Positions 37,086 to 40,463 of a stretch of DNA of 40,463 nucleotides are shown here, piece by piece. This DNA is from Methylococcales bacterium. GTDB lineage: Bacteria > Pseudomonadota > Gammaproteobacteria > JABHGC01. Position numbers and translations under genes: made by a program. The stretch covers positions 1 through 40,463 of the forward strand of contig JABHHM010000515.1 of NCBI GenBank assembly GCA_018671575.1, in the 5' to 3' direction. The notes beneath the pieces were generated by a model. It had not been told where the DNA came from. It did not search any database and saw only the letters and a program-made list of their open reading frames with translations. Position 1 is the first letter of the stretch; every line of letters begins with the position of its first letter.

Positions 37086-37856
37086 ATGCTAAACATCAGC
37101 AACCTTCACGCCAGCATTGGAGACAAAACCATTTTAAAAGGCTTAAATCTTGAAGTTAAAGCTGGAGAGGTTCATGCGATCATGGGACCCAATGGTTCGG
37201 GTAAAAGCACATTAGCCAATGTACTGTCTGGACGTCCTGGGTATGAAATAACACAAGGCTCAATCACCTATAAGGATAAAAACTTAATAGAATTAGAACC
37301 TGAAATTAGAGCACGTGACGGCATTTTTTTAGCGTTCCAGTATCCTGTTGAAATCCCAGGTGTCAGCAACATTTATATGTTAAAAGCGGCCTACAATGCC
37401 AAAAGAAAACATCTTGGACTCCCCGAATTAGATGCCATGGATTTCTTAGTATTAATCAGAGAAAAAATGAAACTGGTTGAAATGGATGAAAAATTCATCC
37501 ATCGCTCTATCAACGAAGGTTTTTCTGGTGGTGAAAAAAAACGCAATGAAATATTACAAATGGCTTTATTAGAACCTGATTTAGCCATTTTAGATGAAAC
37601 CGACTCTGGACTGGATATCGATGCACTACAAATTGTTGCCAGTGGTGTTAACCAGCTAAAAAGTCCTGATCGTGCTGTTATTTTAATCACTCACTACCAA
37701 CGTTTATTAGATTATATCGTGCCTGATTACGTTCACGTATTATCTGGAGGTCAAATTGTAAAATCAGGAGATAAATCACTGGCTCTTGAACTTGAAGACA
37801 AAGGTTATGGCTGGATTAAAGAACAAAACAGCTCATCATCACAAGTTGGTGCTTAA
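37086..37856 (+). CDS. sufC: Fe-S cluster assembly ATPase SufC
   Basis: 256 aa. Walker [13 protein letters not shown] signature FSGGEKKR, Walker [14 protein letters not shown]-loop ITHY. Confidence 0.94.
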   Translation: MLNISNLHASIGDKTILKGLNLEVKAGEVHAIMGPNGSGKSTLANVLSGRPGYEITQGSITYKDKNLIELEPEIRARDGIFLAFQYPVEIPGVSNIYMLKAAYNAKRKHLGLPELDAMDFLVLIREKMKLVEMDEKFIHRSINEGFSGGEKKRNEILQMALLEPDLAILDETDSGLDIDALQIVASGVNQLKSPDRAVILITHYQRLLDYIVPDYVHVLSGGQIVKSGDKSLALELEDKGYGWIKEQNSSSSQVGA

Positions 37857-37859
37857 ATC

Positions 37860-39170
37860 ATGTCAAATAGCACTCAACCTTACATAACAGCAATCAACAG
37901 CATTGCCAATGAACTGCCTGGCAATAACTTATCATGGTTGCAAAACACCAGAAATAATGCCTTAAAGAATTTTGAAACGCTGGGCTTTCCAAACCAAAAG
38001 AATGAAGCGTGGAAATACACTAAAACCAACGTGTTCGGCAAAAAACAATTTAGTTTATGCGAAAAACCCTGTGTGGCACTTCTGAAAGAAGATATATCCC
38101 ATCTACGAGATGATCAATATCTTAATCTGGTTTTTATCAATGGCTACTTCACACCGCAACTGTCTGACAAAAATACGGAAGAAGGTTTAATTTTAACCAA
38201 TTTACAACAAATGCTTTGCGATAGCTCAGAAACTATCCAGCCTTTTTTGTCTCAATATTCAGACATAAAAAACCAAAGCTTCAATGCGCTCAACACGGCC
38301 TACATGAATGATGGCAGTTACATTAAAATCCAGAACAATCAGGTCATCAAAAAACCCATCCAGCTGATTTATTTAACCACTCAGCAATCCACTCCAGCTA
38401 TGACTCAACCCAGAAACTTAATTATTGCTGAACCAAACAGTCAAGCAACAATCATTGAAAATTATGCAACTTTCGGTGAATCAGAGCATTTTACAAACAG
38501 CCTGACAGAAATTATTACACAAGAAAACTCATCCGTAGAACACATTAAAATACAACAGGAATGCAGCAAAGCATATCATATTGCCAGCATTAGCACATAC
38601 CAACATAAAGACAGCCGATTCACCTCACATTCGTTTGTTTTTGACGGAAAATTAACCCGCAATGAAATCAATTCTGTTTTTGCTGAAGAAGGTTGTGAAT
38701 GTACTTTAAACGGCTTATATCTCGTTAGCGGACAACAACATGTTGACCACCAGACAAGCATTGAACACGTCAAACCCAATGGAACCAGCAAGCAGACCTA
38801 CAAAGGTATTCTTGCCGACAGATCAAGAGCCGTCTTCAATGGTCGAGTCAAAGTACATAAAAATGCACAAAAATCTTTTTCTGAGCAAACCAATGATAAT
38901 TTATTATTATCAGAACATGCTGAAATTGACACCAAACCTCAATTAGAAATTTATGCTGATGATGTCAAATGTGCTCACGGTGCCACGGTTGGTCAACTAA
39001 ACCCTGAAGAAATATTTTACCTCCAAGCCAGAGGAATTGGTTACAAGAATGCCAAAGAATTACTTACAGTTGCGTTTGCAAATGATATGATTAACAAAAT
39101 AAAAGTTGAAACACTACAAAAGATGTTGCAACAGAAATTATCAAATTGTTGCACCACTGAGGAAATTTAA
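37860..39170 (+). CDS. sufD: Fe-S cluster assembly protein SufD
   Basis: 436 aa. SufB/SufD beta-helix C-terminal region (..[29 protein letters not shown]). 3 nt after the sufC stop. Confidence 0.88.
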   Translation: MSNSTQPYITAINSIANELPGNNLSWLQNTRNNALKNFETLGFPNQKNEAWKYTKTNVFGKKQFSLCEKPCVALLKEDISHLRDDQYLNLVFINGYFTPQLSDKNTEEGLILTNLQQMLCDSSETIQPFLSQYSDIKNQSFNALNTAYMNDGSYIKIQNNQVIKKPIQLIYLTTQQSTPAMTQPRNLIIAEPNSQATIIENYATFGESEHFTNSLTEIITQENSSVEHIKIQQECSKAYHIASISTYQHKDSRFTSHSFVFDGKLTRNEINSVFAEEGCECTLNGLYLVSGQQHVDHQTSIEHVKPNGTSKQTYKGILADRSRAVFNGRVKVHKNAQKSFSEQTNDNLLLSEHAEIDTKPQLEIYADDVKCAHGATVGQLNPEEIFYLQARGIGYKNAKELLTVAFANDMINKIKVETLQKMLQQKLSNCCTTEEI

Positions 39171-40261
39171 TGAATACGGTCTCTTACGCCCCTTATAAAG
39201 TTGATAAGAATCATATTTTATCGGTTGCGCAAAAGGCCCATGACAATCAATCCTCAGGCACTTCAGACAACAAACGTTTAGCGCTCATAAACCGCATTAA
39301 ACAACTGTTAATCCAGCGAGATGCAGTGCTGATCTCGCATTATTATACTGATCCTGATATTCAACAGCTAACAGAAGAAACAGGAGGTCATGTTGCTGAC
39401 TCCCTTGAAATGGCTCGATTTGGCAATGAACACCCTGCTAAAACATTGGTTGTTGCTGGCGTTAAATTCATGGGTGAAACAGCCAAAATATTAAACCCAG
39501 AAAAAACAGTATTAATGCCTGATCTCAATGCAGAATGCTCGCTTGACCTTGAATGTCCAATACAAGAATTTTCTGACTTTTGCCAACAACATCCTGATCG
39601 AAAAATTGTTGTCTACTCAAACACCAGCATTGAAGTCAAAGCAAAAGCAGACTGGGTGGTTACCTCTGGCATTGCACTTAAAATTATTCGCCATTTACAC
39701 CAACAAGGTGAACAAATATTATGGGCTCCTGACAAATATCTTGGACATTACATCCAAAAAGAAACCCAGGCAGATATGATCTTATGGCCTGGCTCTTGCA
39801 TTGTTCACGAAGAATTTAAAGCAACTGAACTATCTCAGTTAAAAATAACCCACCCTGACGCCGCAATTCTGGTACATCCTGAATCACCTGAGTCGGTCAT
39901 TGAACTGGCAGATGTGGTTGGCTCAACTTCAGCACTCATCAAGGCAACTCAAACACTGAATAATCAAAAATTTATTGTAGCAACAGACCGTGGTATTTTT
40001 TATAAGATGCAACAACTATCCCCCAACAAAACCTTTATGGAAGCACCCAATGCGGGCATTGGAGCAACTTGCAAAAGTTGCGCTCATTGCCCATGGATGG
40101 GACTCAATCATCTAGAAAGTTTGGAGCATGTTTTAGAAAGCAATTGTAATGAAATTATCATTGATGAAAACTTAAGACAACAAGCGATGATTTCAATTAA
40201 TCGTATGATGGATTTTTCAAAACAACAAAATATCAATATGACAGGTAAAGGAAATGCCTAA
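39170..40261 (+). CDS. nadA: Quinolinate synthase NadA
   Basis: 363 aa, colinear with E. coli NadA (HYYTDP.IQQL.EETGG...[63 protein letters not shown]). Its ATG overlaps the sufD stop (TAATG). Confidence 0.92.
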   Translation: MNTVSYAPYKVDKNHILSVAQKAHDNQSSGTSDNKRLALINRIKQLLIQRDAVLISHYYTDPDIQQLTEETGGHVADSLEMARFGNEHPAKTLVVAGVKFMGETAKILNPEKTVLMPDLNAECSLDLECPIQEFSDFCQQHPDRKIVVYSNTSIEVKAKADWVVTSGIALKIIRHLHQQGEQILWAPDKYLGHYIQKETQADMILWPGSCIVHEEFKATELSQLKITHPDAAILVHPESPESVIELADVVGSTSALIKATQTLNNQKFIVATDRGIFYKMQQLSPNKTFMEAPNAGIGATCKSCAHCPWMGLNHLESLEHVLESNCNEIIIDENLRQQAMISINRMMDFSKQQNINMTGKGNA

Positions 40262-40263
40262 GA

Positions 40264-40463
40264 ATGAACAGTAATCTGGCACTCAAAACAAATGACAACA
40301 TTGAAACAAAATACTTTGATGTTCAACAAGTTAGAAAAGATTTTCCTGCACTGGACCAACGCGTCTATGACATTCCATTAGTCTACCTTGACAATGCAGC
40401 AACCACACAAAAACCACAATGCGTCATTGACCTGATCAGTCATTTTTATGCCCATAGCAATTC
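40264..40463 (+). CDS. sufS: Cysteine desulfurase SufS, 5' partial (runs off the window)
   Basis: ATG 40264, 2 nt after the nadA stop. ..VRKDFPALDQRVYDIPLVYLDNAATTQKPQCVID.. matches the SufS/CsdA N-terminus. No stop before the window end. Confidence 0.8.
   Translation, partial: MNSNLALKTNDNIETKYFDVQQVRKDFPALDQRVYDIPLVYLDNAATTQKPQCVIDLISHFYAHSN

Noticed and set aside
3052-39779. Many 60-170-aa ORFs antisense to or out of frame within large genes. Examples: 3052-3309, 3340-3540, 5265-5522, 6155-6397, 6714-7124, 9148-9384, 11249-11449, 12524-13098, 13174-13395, 19064-19273, 19876-20064, 21297-21933, 23692-23985, 26802-27065, 27584-27853, 29305-29493, 30839-32392, 32754-33605, 33792-34447, 35792-36781, 37391-37690, 38576-38946, 39528-39779
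   Set aside because: Each is fully embedded in a longer ORF whose product has clear family motifs. They show no motifs of their own and are expected by chance in AT-rich DNA.

Overview
This is an AT-rich window from a Gram-negative, probably gammaproteobacterial, sulfur oxidiser. All calls come from reading the sequence and recalling motifs; no database search was run. The centre (15.8-28.6 kb, minus strand) holds a complete oxidative-type dissimilatory sulfite reductase cluster in canonical order, dsrABEFHCMKLJOPNR. An intrinsic terminator sits between dsrP and dsrN. A tRNA-Arg(TCG) lies just downstream of dsrR. The left third carries housekeeping and envelope genes (YfaZ-like outer-membrane protein, nudF, exbBD, a CvpA-retropepsin fusion, comEC, DUF2062, thrH) and dense two-component signalling: a YfiR-like protein, a CHASE8-type hybrid kinase, a REC-kinase, a HAMP kinase, a REC-PAS regulator and a pseudo-receiver/CheX-like protein. 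The right third carries ilvD, cca, another sensor kinase, and a suf operon (sufBCD-nadA-sufS) with nadA embedded by a TAATG overlap. Between dsrA and ilvD is a small uncharacterised module. Its central gene looks like an orphan Cas6/Cmx6-type RAMP protein, and no CRISPR array or other cas gene is visible. Non-coding DNA contains at least three short repeat families. Family A is a ~190-bp palindromic MITE-like element bracketing exbBD. Family B is a 145-bp element with terminal inverted repeats upstream of ilvD. Family C is a 54-bp hairpin unit present as a tandem pair near thrH and once, in frame, inside the hybrid kinase Hpt domain. No transposase, integrase, prophage, rRNA or CRISPR array was seen.
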